Assembly (NCBI GenBank): GCA_963827475.1
Contig: CAWHAZ010000005.1
Span: 640,001-704,000, forward strand
Reading direction: 5' to 3'
Source of the DNA: an uncultured Chloroflexia bacterium
Lineage (GTDB): Bacteria; Chloroflexota; Limnocylindria; QHBO01
Length of the DNA stretch: 64,000 bases
Position 1 is the stretch's first letter, and each line of letters starts with the position of its first letter. The translations under genes were made by a program, and so were the position numbers. Under the pieces are notes generated by a model that was not told where the DNA came from, made no database searches, and saw nothing but the letters and a program-made list of their open reading frames with translations. Of this stretch, positions 31,790-42,201 are shown piece after piece.

Positions 31790-33376
31790 CAGACCGATAC
31801 GACGCCGATCGTCGTCGGCGGCGGCCACAACGGCCTGGTCAACGGCGCTTATCTCGCCCGCGGTGGCCTGAAGACGCTCATTCTCGAGCAGCGTCACCTG
31901 GTTGGTGGAGCGGCCATCACCGAGGAGTTGCGGCCGGGTTTCTGGTTCACGACCTTCTCGTACGCCCTGTCGCTGCTGCGGCCGCAGATCATCCAGGAGC
32001 TCGAGCTGACCAAGCACGGCTTCCTTCCGCTGCTGATGTCCTCGAAGTTCGCGCCGACCCCGGACGGGGAGTACCTGTGGTTCACCCAGGACCACGATGC
32101 CAACCTGCGCGAGATCGCCCGCATCTCCCCGCACGACGCCGACGCGTACGAGCAGTACAGCCACGATCTCGATCGGGTCTGCCAGGTCCTCAAGCCGCTG
32201 CTCGACACCGTCCCGCCCGATCCCTTCAGCGACGATCCCGAGGAGCTCCTCGCCCTCGCCGGCCTCGGCGCGCGGTTCCGGAAGCTCGACAAGCGCACGT
32301 TCCACAACGCCGTGCGGCTGCTCACCGGGAGCGCGGCCGACTTCCTCGACGACTACTTCGAGTCCGACCTGCTGAAGGGCTGGCTCGCGTCGTCGGGGAT
32401 CATCGGCTCCAAGGTCGGCCCCCGCTCGCCCGGCTCGGGCCTCGTGCTGCTCTTCCACTCCCTCGGCGAGCACGACGGGTCCTTCGGGACGTGGGCCTTC
32501 CACAAGGGCGGGAACGGCGGCTTCACCCAGGTCCTGGCCCGCGCCGCGCAGGCGCACGGCGCCGAGATCCGCCTCGAGTCCCCGGTCGAGCGGGTGCTGA
32601 CCGATGACGGCCGGGTCACCGGCGTGGCCCTGACCGATGGCACCGAGCTCACGGCCGACGTGGTGGTCAGCGCCCTCGATCCCCGCCGGACGTTCCTCGA
32701 GCTGGTCGAGCCGCGCGAGCTGCCGGACGACCTCGTCGACACCGTGCGCCGGATGAAGTTCCAGGGCGTGTCGTCCAAGGTGAACTTCGCCCTGGACGGC
32801 ATCCCGACCTACCCGCTGCTGCCCGACCGCAACGGGGAGATCTTCCGCGGATTCCTGAACATCGGTCCGTCCATGGACTACCTGGAGCGGGCCTTCGACG
32901 CGGCCAAGTACGGCTGGTACAGCACCGATCCGTACATCGACGGCGCCATCCAGTCGACCATCGACCCGGACATGGCCCCGCCCGGCAAGCACGTGATGTC
33001 GTGCTTCGTGCAGTACACCCCGTACCACCTGCGGGAAGGGGATTGGGACGCGGAGCGGGACAACCTCGGCGACGCGGTGCAGGCGACTCTCGAGCGATAC
33101 TTGCCCGGCTTCGGGGACCTCGTCCTCCAGCGCGAGGTCGTCACTCCGCTCGACATCGAGCGCACGATCGGCCTGACCGAGGGAAACATCTTCGCCGGCG
33201 AGCTGTTCGCGCCCCAGATGTTCTTCCTCCGCCCCGCGCCCGGTTGGTCGCAGTACCGGACCCCGATTCACGGGTATTACCAGTGCGGGTCGGGCACGCA
33301 TCCGGGCGGCTGCGTGATGGGTGCGCCGGGCCGGCTGGCGGCGGGCCAGATCCTCAAGGATCGCGCCCCGTCCTGA
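31786..33376 (+). CDS. Phytoene dehydrogenase-like FAD oxidoreductase; frameshift near 31807
   Basis: IVVGGGHNGL..E..VGGA FAD motif after a one-base correction; DPDMAPPGKH and CGSGTHPGG motifs. Confidence 0.9.
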
Positions 33377-33377
33377 C

Positions 33378-34082
33378 GTGAACGCGCCCGCACGCCGGCG
33401 GGTCGGGGCACTCCTCGCCGTCGGCATCACGATCTCGGCCTGCACCTCCATCAGCCCGGAGCCGAGCTTCGGGGACCCGGAGGAAGCGGCCGGCGCCCTC
33501 GTCCGGGGCGTCACGGCGGAGGTCACGGCGACCGACACCGCCATGGCCGCGGCCGGCGCGACGGCCGACTTCGGCGTCGAGGAGGGACTGCGTCGGGTCG
33601 TCATGCGCGTCGTCGACGAGATGAGCGTGGACGTAGTCGTCGTCTCGGAGGCGGACCTCGTGCTCGCCGAGCCGCCGGGCTTATGCCTGGTCGGGCCGTT
33701 CTGGAACCCGTTGGACGCCGGGCTCTCCGACCGATGCTGGGGGACGCCCGACCTCGGCCAGCTGGCCTCCACATCATGGCCAACGAATGCGGATGGCCGC
33801 GTCGTCCTCACGGCCGGGGCGCCGGTTGCGTTCGACGCGCCGCTCGCCCGTGGTTCCGAGCGATGCGACTACGCGCCGGGGGAGTGGACCTTCGAAGTCG
33901 CCCTCCGTCCAGTTGTCGGGGGAGAGGTGTTCGGGCCCCTCCGCATTCCGGACATCCTGCTTGAGGTCCCTTACGATCCGGCGCAGCCGCTCGAGCTGCT
34001 GCCGCCCGGCGAGTCGCGCGTGTGCAGCTACCCGGCGGCCGTCGTCCTGCGCCAGGGGGAGCCGGAGCTCACCACCGAGTAG
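33378..34082 (+). CDS. Putative lipoprotein, unknown function
   Basis: RRR plus hydrophobic stretch plus ISAC lipobox; four further Cys. Confidence 0.65.
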   Translation: MNAPARRRVGALLAVGITISACTSISPEPSFGDPEEAAGALVRGVTAEVTATDTAMAAAGATADFGVEEGLRRVVMRVVDEMSVDVVVVSEADLVLAEPPGLCLVGPFWNPLDAGLSDRCWGTPDLGQLASTSWPTNADGRVVLTAGAPVAFDAPLARGSERCDYAPGEWTFEVALRPVVGGEVFGPLRIPDILLEVPYDPAQPLELLPPGESRVCSYPAAVVLRQGEPELTTE

Positions 34083-34092
34083 GAAACGGAAA

Positions 34093-34114
34093 GGCCCGGG
34101 CGTGAGCCCGGGCC
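34093..34114 (-). terminator. Intrinsic terminator hairpin
   Basis: GGCCCGGGC-GTGA-GCCCGGGCC between convergent genes; T-rich tail on the - strand. Confidence 0.8.
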
Positions 34115-34152
34115 CATCGGTCAGGTTCCGGCGTGAGCCGGACCCATGCGGG

Positions 34153-34449
34153 TCAGATGCCCAGGATCTTGGCCTTTGCCGCGGCAAACTCCTCGTCGGT
34201 CAGCGCGCCGGCCGAGTGGAGCTGGGCGAGCTTCTGGATCTCGACCATCGGGTCGTCGGCGGCGGGAGCCGCCGGCGCGGCCTGCGCGGCCGCGGCGCCC
34301 TGGTCGTACGCAGCCTGCTGCTGGGCGTACTGGGCCTGGTCCTGGGAGGCGTACTTCTGCTCCTGGTGGTGGCGAACGGCTCCGGCCGTCCCTGCGACCA
34401 CCGCGGTGGTGGCCGCCATGCGGACAATGCCGCCTCGGCGTCGTCTCAT
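34153..34449 (-). CDS. SHOCT domain protein
   Basis: C-terminal KLAQLHSAGALTDEEFAAAKAKIL; GGAGA RBS. Confidence 0.85.
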   Translation of the reverse strand: MRRRRGGIVRMAATTAVVAGTAGAVRHHQEQKYASQDQAQYAQQQAAYDQGAAAAQAAPAAPAADDPMVEIQKLAQLHSAGALTDEEFAAAKAKILGI

Positions 34450-34476
34450 CGGTCTATCTCCTTCGTTCTCCAGCGC

Positions 34477-34920
34477 TTACGCGCTGGCCTTCGCCTTGTT
34501 TTCCTCGGCCCACGCGACCGCTTCCTGGACGAGCTCGCGCGGAACGCGCTGGATGTCGACCAGCTGCCCGCCGGCGTTTTCGATGGCGTCCGCGAGCCGG
34601 GTGGCCCACAGGTCCTCCCAGACGAGCACCGCTGCCGACGAGTTCGGCTCGAGCGCCCCGGCGACCGCGTGCATGTCCTCCTCGCTCACGAAGCCGCCGC
34701 GTTCCGACGTCAACGATTCGAACGCCTGGAAGACATCCGAGCCCGCGTCCTCGAGCTCGATTCCGGTCATGCTCCCGTCGTCGCCCTTGATGACGAAGGC
34801 AAGGTCGATGATCCGGATCGTCCCGGATTTCACCAGGTCCTCGAGCGCGGGCGCGATTTCGCCCTTGAACTGGTTACCCGGAAACGCGACGACCATGTAC
34901 TGAACTGGTCCGATTCCCAT
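34477..34920 (-). CDS. DUF6325-like protein
   Basis: GPVQYMVVAFPG, IRIIDL and AAVLVWEDLWA motifs; paired with the SHOCT gene. Confidence 0.75.
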   Translation of the reverse strand: MGIGPVQYMVVAFPGNQFKGEIAPALEDLVKSGTIRIIDLAFVIKGDDGSMTGIELEDAGSDVFQAFESLTSERGGFVSEEDMHAVAGALEPNSSAAVLVWEDLWATRLADAIENAGGQLVDIQRVPRELVQEAVAWAEENKAKASA

Positions 34921-35090
34921 CAGGTGCTTCCCTTTCTCGATGCGATCGTCGAATGTGATGATTGAGAGTGCGAATGGGGGCACGCGGGGCGCGTCTCCGG
35001 GGCAATTGAGCGCGCGGTTCGCGAGCGTGGCGCTAGCGTAGCCGATGCGCCTCTCGTCCGTCGATGGCCGAACGAGTCGCGTCGGTTTCC

Positions 35091-35120
35091 TTGACGCTCG
35101 GAAAACGCGAAGCCTAGACT
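35091..35120 (+). promoter_or_regulatory. Sigma70-type promoter for the ftsB-like gene
   Basis: TTGACG-N18-TAGACT, with ATG 8 nt downstream. Confidence 0.65.
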
Positions 35121-35128
35121 GCCGCCCC

Positions 35129-35563
35129 ATGACCGCCGTTTCGGGCACAACGGCGACTCGGGCGCGGCCGCCTGCGCGGCGCCCGTCGCTTCGCGCGGGA
35201 CTCCGCCGGCGAAACCTGATCGTGTTGATCATCGTCGGCGCCATCGCGCTTATCACGTTCAACGTCGGCCGCCAGGCATTCCTTGGGTGGTCGGTCGGGG
35301 AGCAGGCCGCGTCCCTGGAGGCCACGGTCGCGGCCGCGGAGGCAGAGAATGCCGCCCTCCAGCGCCAGCTCCAGTACCTCCAGAGCGACGCCTACGTCAC
35401 GGCCGAAGCGCGCCGACTCCGGAACCTCGGCTATCCCGGCGAGCAGCTCCTCATCATCCCCGGTGCGGCTGAGCCGGTCCCGTTGGACACCGCTGCCACC
35501 CCGGCCGATGGCCGCCCATTGCTCGACCGCTGGGTGGAGCTCTTCTTCGGCGGCCCGCGCTAG
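35129..35563 (+). CDS. Septum formation initiator (FtsB/DivIC family)
   Basis: TM plus coiled coil plus YV..EAR..L....PGE motif. Confidence 0.8.
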   Translation: MTAVSGTTATRARPPARRPSLRAGLRRRNLIVLIIVGAIALITFNVGRQAFLGWSVGEQAASLEATVAAAEAENAALQRQLQYLQSDAYVTAEARRLRNLGYPGEQLLIIPGAAEPVPLDTAATPADGRPLLDRWVELFFGGPR

Positions 35564-35576
35564 CCCGAAACCAGAA

Positions 35577-35600
35577 CCGCCGGGAGATGTCTCCCGGCGG
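35577..35600. terminator. Hairpin between convergent genes
   Basis: CCGCCGGGAGA-TG-TCTCCCGGCGG. Confidence 0.8.
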
Positions 35601-35621
35601 CTGCGTCTCTGCGAGGCGGCG

Positions 35622-35987
35622 CTAGACCGCCAGCATCGCCTTCTTCTTCATCGCGTCGAACTCCTCGGCGGTGATGGCGCCCGAGTCCAGCAGCTTCTTC
35701 GCCTTCTCGATCTCGTCCGATGCCGAGTAGCCGGTCATCCGCTGCTCGCGCACCTGGGCGGCCTCCATCATGGCCTGATCCTGGGCCGTCATCTTCGGCC
35801 GCACGATGAGGTACAGGAGGATGCCGAGCAGGGGCAGGATGAAGATCAGAAAGATCCAGCCCGCCTTCAGCCAGCCACTCAGGTCATCGCGTCGGAAGAT
35901 GTCCCCGAACACGGCGATGAACATCCAGATGTACATCACCCAGAAGAAGAAGATGACCATGCCCCACAGGAATTCACCGAAGCTCAT
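35622..35987 (-). CDS. PLDc_N + SHOCT membrane protein
   Basis: DIFRRDDLSGWLKAGW..P.LG..LY motif; C-terminal LLDSGAITAEEF. Confidence 0.85.
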   Translation of the reverse strand: MSFGEFLWGMVIFFFWVMYIWMFIAVFGDIFRRDDLSGWLKAGWIFLIFILPLLGILLYLIVRPKMTAQDQAMMEAAQVREQRMTGYSASDEIEKAKKLLDSGAITAEEFDAMKKKAMLAV

Positions 35988-36135
35988 TCAGTTCTCCTTG
36001 CGCGGGGCAAGTTGGACGGTGCCCCTCCCGAATCACGACGCGAGTCTATCAGCCGACTGAGCGTCCGGAAACGGCCGGTGATAGGATCGGCAGCCACGCC
36101 CGGGACGCCCGCCGGGCAACTCTCGGAGGATTTTC

Positions 36136-36579
36136 ATGCGATTGACACATCGACGCACCGTCGCCAGCGTGGCGCTGGCGGTCGGACTTCTGGCAGCGTG
36201 CTCGTCGCCTTCTGGCCAGCCAAGTGCCGAGCAGGCGCTGTGCGACAGCCTTGCCGCCTTCGCCGACTCCGTCCGCGCGATCGCCGACGTCGATCCGGCA
36301 ACGGACTCGATCGAGGACATCCAGGCTGCGGCGGACTCCGCGCAGGCAGCGTGGGGAGAGGTTCAGACCGCCGTCGCGGCCGTGGATGAGGCCGACGAAG
36401 CCGCCGTTGAGGCGGCGTGGAACGACCTCGCGTCGCAGATCGGCGACTTCTCGACCGACATCCCGGTGGCCGATGCGGTCGCCGAGGTCGGCGCCGGGGT
36501 TGATGAGGTCCAGGGCGCCTACGACGAGATGCGCGACGGCCTGGGCTGCGAGGGAGAGCCCGCGTCCTCTCCGAGCTGA
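36136..36579 (+). CDS. Acidic helical lipoprotein, unknown function
   Basis: GGAGG RBS; LLAAC lipobox; paired Cys near the two ends of the mature protein. Confidence 0.75.
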   Translation: MRLTHRRTVASVALAVGLLAACSSPSGQPSAEQALCDSLAAFADSVRAIADVDPATDSIEDIQAAADSAQAAWGEVQTAVAAVDEADEAAVEAAWNDLASQIGDFSTDIPVADAVAEVGAGVDEVQGAYDEMRDGLGCEGEPASSPS

Positions 36580-36704
36580 CCGGGCTTCGCCCGTCGATCT
36601 CGCTGAAACGGTCCGGGCCCTGCGCTCGGGCCGTTTCGCACATCTCAGCCGTGCCTCGTCATTGCTTGCCCCAACCCCGGCGCATCGGTACTCTTGGTGA
36701 CCGC

Positions 36705-36779
36705 GGCGGAGTAGCTCAGTGGTAGAGCAGGGGACTCATAAGCCCTTGGCCGGTGGTTCGAATCCGCCCTCCGCTACCA
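36705..36779 (+). tRNA. tRNA with CAT anticodon (elongator Met or Ile2)
   Basis: Cloverleaf: GGCGGAG/CTCCGCT acceptor stem, GCTC/GAGC D-arm, CTCATAA loop, GTTCGAATC T-loop, encoded CCA. Confidence 0.95.
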
Positions 36780-36805
36780 CCTCCGACCCCACGTCGCTCG
36801 GCGCG

Positions 36806-37732
36806 ATGGTCGCCTTGGGCGCAGGCAGGCTGGGGATCCCCGACGGCGCACCCCTCGTTCTTGCCGTCTCGGGCGGGCCCGACTCCACGGCCCTCGTCCA
36901 CGGTGCCCTATCGCTGGCCCCAACCCATGGCTGGCAGATGGTGGTGGCCCATCTCGACCACGGCCTGCGCCCGGACTCCGCGACGGACGCCACGTTCGTG
37001 ACCGATGCCGCCGATGCGTTGGGTCTGCCCTGGCGGCTGCGCCGGACCGATGTCGCCGCGGAGGCGTCGACGGGCGGGATGGGCGTCGAGGAGGCCGGCC
37101 GGGTTGCGCGGTACGCATTCCTCGAGGAGATCGCCACCGAGCTGGGCGGCGGCGCCCTGGTCGCCACCGCCCACACCGCGGACGACCAGGCCGAGACGGT
37201 GCTGTTCAACCTCGCCCGGGGGACCGGGCTCCACGGCCTGCGGGGCATGCCCGCGCGGCGCGGCCGCGTCGTCCGGCCGCTGCTCCACGCTCGGCGGGCC
37301 GCGATCCGCGCCGCGCTCGACGATGCGGGCATCCCGTACCGGCTCGACCCGACCAACGACGACCGCCACCGGGCCCGGGCCCGGATCCGGGTCGACGTGC
37401 TGCCCGCCCTCGAGGCGCTGAACCCCGCCGCCGTGGAGGCGATCCTCCGCTTCGGCGCGCTGGCCGGGGATGACGATGCGCTGCTCGACGCCCTGGCCGC
37501 CGCCGAGCTCACCCGGCGGCGGGGCCCGGAGGGTATCGACTGGCGCGACCCACCGCCACGGGCCCTGGGACGGCGGGTCCTGCGCCTCGCGATCGGGGAT
37601 CCGGCGCCGGCCGCGGACCGCATCGAGGCCCTGCTCGAGGCGGCAGGCGGTCCGCGTGGCGGCCTCGCCATCGACCTTGGGCGCGGTCGAACCGCCACGG
37701 TCCGCGGCCGGCGCATCGTCATCGGTCTGTAA
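36806..37732 (+). CDS. tilS: tRNA(Ile)-lysidine synthetase (short form)
   Basis: [33 protein letters not shown] and DPTN motifs. Confidence 0.92.
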   Translation: MVALGAGRLGIPDGAPLVLAVSGGPDSTALVHGALSLAPTHGWQMVVAHLDHGLRPDSATDATFVTDAADALGLPWRLRRTDVAAEASTGGMGVEEAGRVARYAFLEEIATELGGGALVATAHTADDQAETVLFNLARGTGLHGLRGMPARRGRVVRPLLHARRAAIRAALDDAGIPYRLDPTNDDRHRARARIRVDVLPALEALNPAAVEAILRFGALAGDDDALLDALAAAELTRRRGPEGIDWRDPPPRALGRRVLRLAIGDPAPAADRIEALLEAAGGPRGGLAIDLGRGRTATVRGRRIVIGL

Positions 37733-37810
37733 GCCGATCTACCTAGCCCATTCGAGCCCATTTGTTGGGATGGGGGGGCGTCCCTATACTCTGTGCCCGC
37801 CCCCCCACGC

Positions 37811-39787
37811 ATGGAGCCCCGCCCTCGACCCGTGAACAGCCGACTCGTCCGCAGCAGCATCCTCATCATCGGCGCCCTGTTCGCCATGGCCCTGCTGTGG
37901 ACGTACCTGATGAATCCGGACGACGGGCCCGCCCTACGCGTACAGCGATCTGCTGACCGATGCGTCCGAAGGCGAGCGTGACCGGGGTCACCCAGGACGG
38001 CACGACCCTCACCGTGAGCTTCGTGGGGACGGAAGCCACGAAGACGGCCATCGTCCCGTCGGACCAGGTCAACGTCTTCGCCGAGGTCTGCGAGGCGACG
38101 GGCGCGCCCTCCATGGCTCAGATGCGAGATCAGCTTCGAGGCGGTGGCGGAGAGCGCGACCGGGCAGTGGATCGGCGTCCTGATCGCCTCCCTGCTGCCG
38201 GTGCTGCTCATCGGCGCGTTCTTCTTCTTCATGATGCGCCAGGCCCAGGGCACGAACAACCAGGCGATGAGCTTTGGCAAGAGTCGAGCCCGAATGTTCC
38301 TCGGCAGCAAGACGGTCGTCACCTTCGCCGACGTCGCCGGCGTGGAGGAGGCCAAGCAGGAGCTGACCGAGGTCGTCGAGTTCCTGAAGTACCCCGAGAA
38401 GTTCAACGCCCTTGGCGCCCGGATCCCGCGCGGCGTGCTGCTGGTCGGCCCGCCGGGCACCGGCAAGACGCTGCTGGCCCGGGCGGTGGCCGGCGAGGCG
38501 GGGGTGCCCTTCTTCTCGATCTCCGGCTCGGAGTTCGTGGAGATGTTCGTCGGCGTCGGGGCCAGCCGCGTCCGCGACCTCTTCGAGCAGGCCAAGCGCA
38601 ACAGCCCGTGCATCGTGTTCGTCGACGAGATCGACGCGGTCGGCCGCCAGCGCGGTGCCGGACTGGGCGGCTCGCACGACGAGCGCGAGCAGACCCTGAA
38701 CCAGATCCTGGTCGAGATGGACGGGTTCGACACGAACACGAACGTCATCGTGGTCGCGGCCACCAACCGGCCGGACGTGCTCGACCCCGCGCTCCTGCGG
38801 CCGGGCCGCTTCGACCGCCAGGTCGTCCTCGACCGCCCCGACATCAGGGGCCGCCGGGAGATCCTCGACGTCCACGTCAAGGGCAAGCCGCTCGACAAGA
38901 CCGTCGACCTCGACGACCTCGCTCGGCGCTCCCCGGGATTCTCGGGCGCGGACCTCGCCAACCTGGTGAACGAGGCCGCGATCCTCGCCGCGCGGCGCAA
39001 CAAGAAGACGATCACCCAGCCGGAGTTCACCGAGGCGGTCGATCGGGTCATCGCCGGACCCGAGCGGCGGAGCCGGATCATCACCGAGGACGAGAAGAAG
39101 ATCATTGCCTACCACGAGGGCGGCCATGCCGTGGTCCAGCGCGTGCTCCCCAAGTGCGACCCGGTGACCAAGGTGACGATCGTGTCGCGGGGCATGGCCC
39201 TCGGCTACACGATGAGCCTGCCGGCCGAGGACCGCTACCTCCACAGCAAGACCGAGTTCGAGGACAAGATCGCCGGCATGCTGGGCGGGCACGTATCCGA
39301 GGAGATCGTCTTCGGCGACACGACCACCGGCGCGAGCAATGACATCGAAAAGGCGACCAACCTGGCGCGGGCGATGGTCACCCAGTACGGCATGAGCGAG
39401 GCGCTCGGACCGCTGGCCTTCGGCAAGAAGGAGGAGATGATCTTCCTCGGCCGCGAGATCAGCGAGCAGCGCAACTACTCCGACGAGGTGGCGGCCAAGA
39501 TCGACGCGGAGGTCCGGGCCATCATCGACCAGGCCTACGCCCGCGCCCGTGCCGCGCTGACCGAGCACCGCGCCGTCCTCGACCGTCTTGCCGACCTGCT
39601 GGTCGAGAAGGAAACGATCGAGGCGGCCGAGTTCGAGGCCCTGTGGGACGGCGTCCTGCCCCCGCGCGACCTGGGCGGGCCGAAGCCGGCCGACGTCACG
39701 ACCGAGGACGAGGTTCCCGCGCCGGCCGACGGCGACGCCAAGCCGACCCCGCGCCGCCGCCGCGGCCCGGCTCCCCAGCCTGCCTGA
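37811..39787 (+). CDS. ftsH: ATP-dependent zinc metalloprotease FtsH; N-terminus frameshifted between about 37930 and 38130
   Basis: [16 protein letters not shown] ([14 protein letters not shown]) and HEGGH motifs; the first TM is in an upstream frame. Confidence 0.95.
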
Positions 39788-39791
39788 GCCC

Positions 39792-39813
39792 CGCCGTCCC
39801 GGCCGGGACGGCG
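39792..39813. terminator. Perfect 22-bp palindrome/hairpin after ftsH
   Basis: CGCCGTCCCGG|CCGGGACGGCG; no U-tract. Confidence 0.55.
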
Positions 39814-39925
39814 CTAGTCCTATCGGCCCATTCCGGATCGGGAAACGCTGGTCGTATACTCTCGCGGCTGGTGCGTCCGGGCACCTGCCCGGACCAAGGC
39901 ACGACAGCGAGGCCGACCTTCCAAC

Positions 39926-41005
39926 ATGATCGACGAATCGACCGCTCCGCAGGCCGCCGAGGCGGACTGGAAGCTCGAGACCGATGGCGTGTCGCTGGAC
40001 CCGCGCAGCGCGCTGGAGGTGCTCACCAACCTCAATGAGCGGGTGTCCGAGGGCCGTGTCGGCGACCTCCAGCCGGTGGCCACCGGGTTCGTGCCGTTCG
40101 ACAAGGCGATCGGCGGCGGGCTGCGATCCGGGGAGCTGATGCTCATCGGCGGCGCCCAGGGGTCGGGCAAGACGACGCTCGCCCTCCAGATGGCCCGCAA
40201 CATGGCCGCCTCAGGCCAGGCGACCGTCCTGTACGTGTGCTTCGAGCACGAGGAGGACTACCTCATCCAGCGCATGATCGCGATGGAGTCGGCCCTCTCC
40301 ACGCTGCCCAAGAAAACCGGCGCAGTGAAGATCCAGGACGTCCGGCAGGAGGTCCTGTCCACCTTCGAGGCCGCGGCCGAGGCGGGCCAGGTCGCCAAGC
40401 TCGGCGCGAATCCACGCCTCCGGCCCAGCCTGGAGCGGATCGCCCGCTACGGCAACTCGATGTACCTCATGCGCGGCACGGCCAACGGCAGCACGATCGA
40501 CAACCTGCACGCCCTGGTCGACACCAAGCGGGGCGATGACGAGCGCCGCCTCGTCCTGTTCGTGGACTACCTCCAGAAGGTGCCCGTCATCCCCGAGCCG
40601 GCCGACGAGACCGAGAAGGTGACCCGCGTGGTCAACGGCCTCAAGGACATCGCGCTGGCGAGCGAGATCGGCGTGGTCGCGATCGTGGCCGCCGACCGCG
40701 AGGGCCTGAAGGCCAAGCGGCTGCGGAACCACCACCTCCGCGGCAGCAGCGCCATCAACTACGAGGCCGACATCATCCTGATCCTGAACGACAAGTACAA
40801 CATCGTGGCCAAGGTGAACATCGAGTTCAACCCGTACCAGGCCCAGCGGTACCGCGACTGGGTCGTGGCCACCGTCGAGAAGAACCGCGGCGGACAGGAC
40901 AACGTCGACCTGGAGTGGCAGAAGCTCTTCCAGTACTCCTGCTTCGATCCGAATGGCCGGATCACCGCGGAGAAGCTGATCGAAGAGCGGCTCTACACCG
41001 AATAG
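39926..41005 (+). CDS. DnaB-like (SF4) RecA-fold ATPase lacking the N-terminal domain
   Basis: TGF..D..GGL, GAQGSGKT, FE, VDYLQ, LKDIA, LRGSSAINYEAD and EKNR motifs; only 359 aa. Confidence 0.85.
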   Translation: MIDESTAPQAAEADWKLETDGVSLDPRSALEVLTNLNERVSEGRVGDLQPVATGFVPFDKAIGGGLRSGELMLIGGAQGSGKTTLALQMARNMAASGQATVLYVCFEHEEDYLIQRMIAMESALSTLPKKTGAVKIQDVRQEVLSTFEAAAEAGQVAKLGANPRLRPSLERIARYGNSMYLMRGTANGSTIDNLHALVDTKRGDDERRLVLFVDYLQKVPVIPEPADETEKVTRVVNGLKDIALASEIGVVAIVAADREGLKAKRLRNHHLRGSSAINYEADIILILNDKYNIVAKVNIEFNPYQAQRYRDWVVATVEKNRGGQDNVDLEWQKLFQYSCFDPNGRITAEKLIEERLYTE

Positions 41006-41021
41006 GGCGCCCGTCCTCGCC

Positions 41022-41456
41022 ATGGACGCCTACCGGGTCCTGCAGGTCGCGCCCGACTGCGAAGACGAGGTCATCCACGGCGCGTACCGCGCGCTGGCCC
41101 TGAAGTATCACCCCGACCGCGACGGGACCCAGTACGCCGCGAAGCGGATGGCCGACCTCAACCTCGCCTACGCCCTGGTGCGCGACCCGCACGTTCGCGC
41201 CCGGCACGACACCGCCCGGAAGCGCGCGAACCTGCCCGCTGTCACGGCCGGCGGGCCGGGCGCGGTGCCGCCGCCGCCGCGGGGCATGGCGGCCGGGACC
41301 CGTCTGAGCCACGGCCGCTACGCCGGTTGGACCCTCCGCGATCTCGCCCGCCAGGACCCGGACTACCTCCGCTGGCTGTCGCGCCACTCGTCGGGCGTGC
41401 AGTACCGCACCGAGATCTACCAGATCCTGTCCAAGCAGGAGTCCAGCGTCGCCTAG
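41022..41456 (+). CDS. J-domain protein with small C-terminal GRYAG..DPDYLRWL domain
   Basis: AYRALALKYHPD J-domain motif; C-terminus resembles the DUF3820/ExoX C-terminal type. Confidence 0.85.
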   Translation: MDAYRVLQVAPDCEDEVIHGAYRALALKYHPDRDGTQYAAKRMADLNLAYALVRDPHVRARHDTARKRANLPAVTAGGPGAVPPPPRGMAAGTRLSHGRYAGWTLRDLARQDPDYLRWLSRHSSGVQYRTEIYQILSKQESSVA

Positions 41457-41466
41457 GCTGTCCCCC

Positions 41467-42201
41467 GTGGATCCTGCCCGGCCCTCCGCCGACCCATTGC
41501 GCGCCGTGTTCCTCGACGTCGGCGAGACGCTGATGCGTCCCGACCCGACGTGGGAGCACGTCTACGCGCGCGCGCTGGATCGATACGGGGTGGTCGTCGA
41601 CTTCGACGACCTCCAGGCCGCCCTCCGCAAGGTCTACCAGGGCGGCGGCTACGGCTTCGACGGCACCTTCGAGCCCAGCCCGGAGCACAGCCATCGGCGA
41701 CTGGTCGAGATGGACCGACACGCGTTCGATCAGCTCGGCATGGAGCCGTTGCCCGACGAGTTCTTTCTCCACCTCGCCGAGCTCTTCCAGGACCCGGCCA
41801 CCTGGCAGGTGTTCCCCGACGTCCGGCCGGCGTTGGCCGCCCTCAAGGAACGCGGCCTCGTGCTCGGCGCGGTCTCGAACTGGGCCTGGCAGCTGCCCGA
41901 GCTCCTCGACGGGCTGGGCATCGGCCCGTTCCTGGACTTCGTCGCGGCCAGCGCCCGCATCGGATTCGACAAGCCCCATCCCGGCATCTTCGAATGGGCG
42001 CTTGACCGCGCCGGCGTGCCGGCGGCATCGGTCCTGCACGTCGGCGATCACCTGGATGCCGACGTGGCCGGGGCGCGCGGGGTCGGCATCTTTGCCGTCC
42101 TCATCGACCGGCGCGGCCGGTACCAGCCGCCGCCCGACGACGTCCCTGTCCTGACCTCCCTGGACGAGCTGCTCCCCCTGGTGGATGCCCGACTCAGCTG
42201 A
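41467..42201 (+). CDS. HAD-IA family hydrolase
   Basis: LDVGETL, SN, KP.P.IF and VGD..DADV motifs. Confidence 0.9.
   Translation: MDPARPSADPLRAVFLDVGETLMRPDPTWEHVYARALDRYGVVVDFDDLQAALRKVYQGGGYGFDGTFEPSPEHSHRRLVEMDRHAFDQLGMEPLPDEFFLHLAELFQDPATWQVFPDVRPALAALKERGLVLGAVSNWAWQLPELLDGLGIGPFLDFVAASARIGFDKPHPGIFEWALDRAGVPAASVLHVGDHLDADVAGARGVGIFAVLIDRRGRYQPPPDDVPVLTSLDELLPLVDARLS

Noticed and set aside
36705-36779. tRNA as an island integration site
   Set aside because: I saw no duplicate of the tRNA 3' end in the window, and the downstream genes are core.
36719-36805. N-terminal extension of tilS in the ORF track
   Set aside because: It overlaps the tRNA gene; the real start is downstream.
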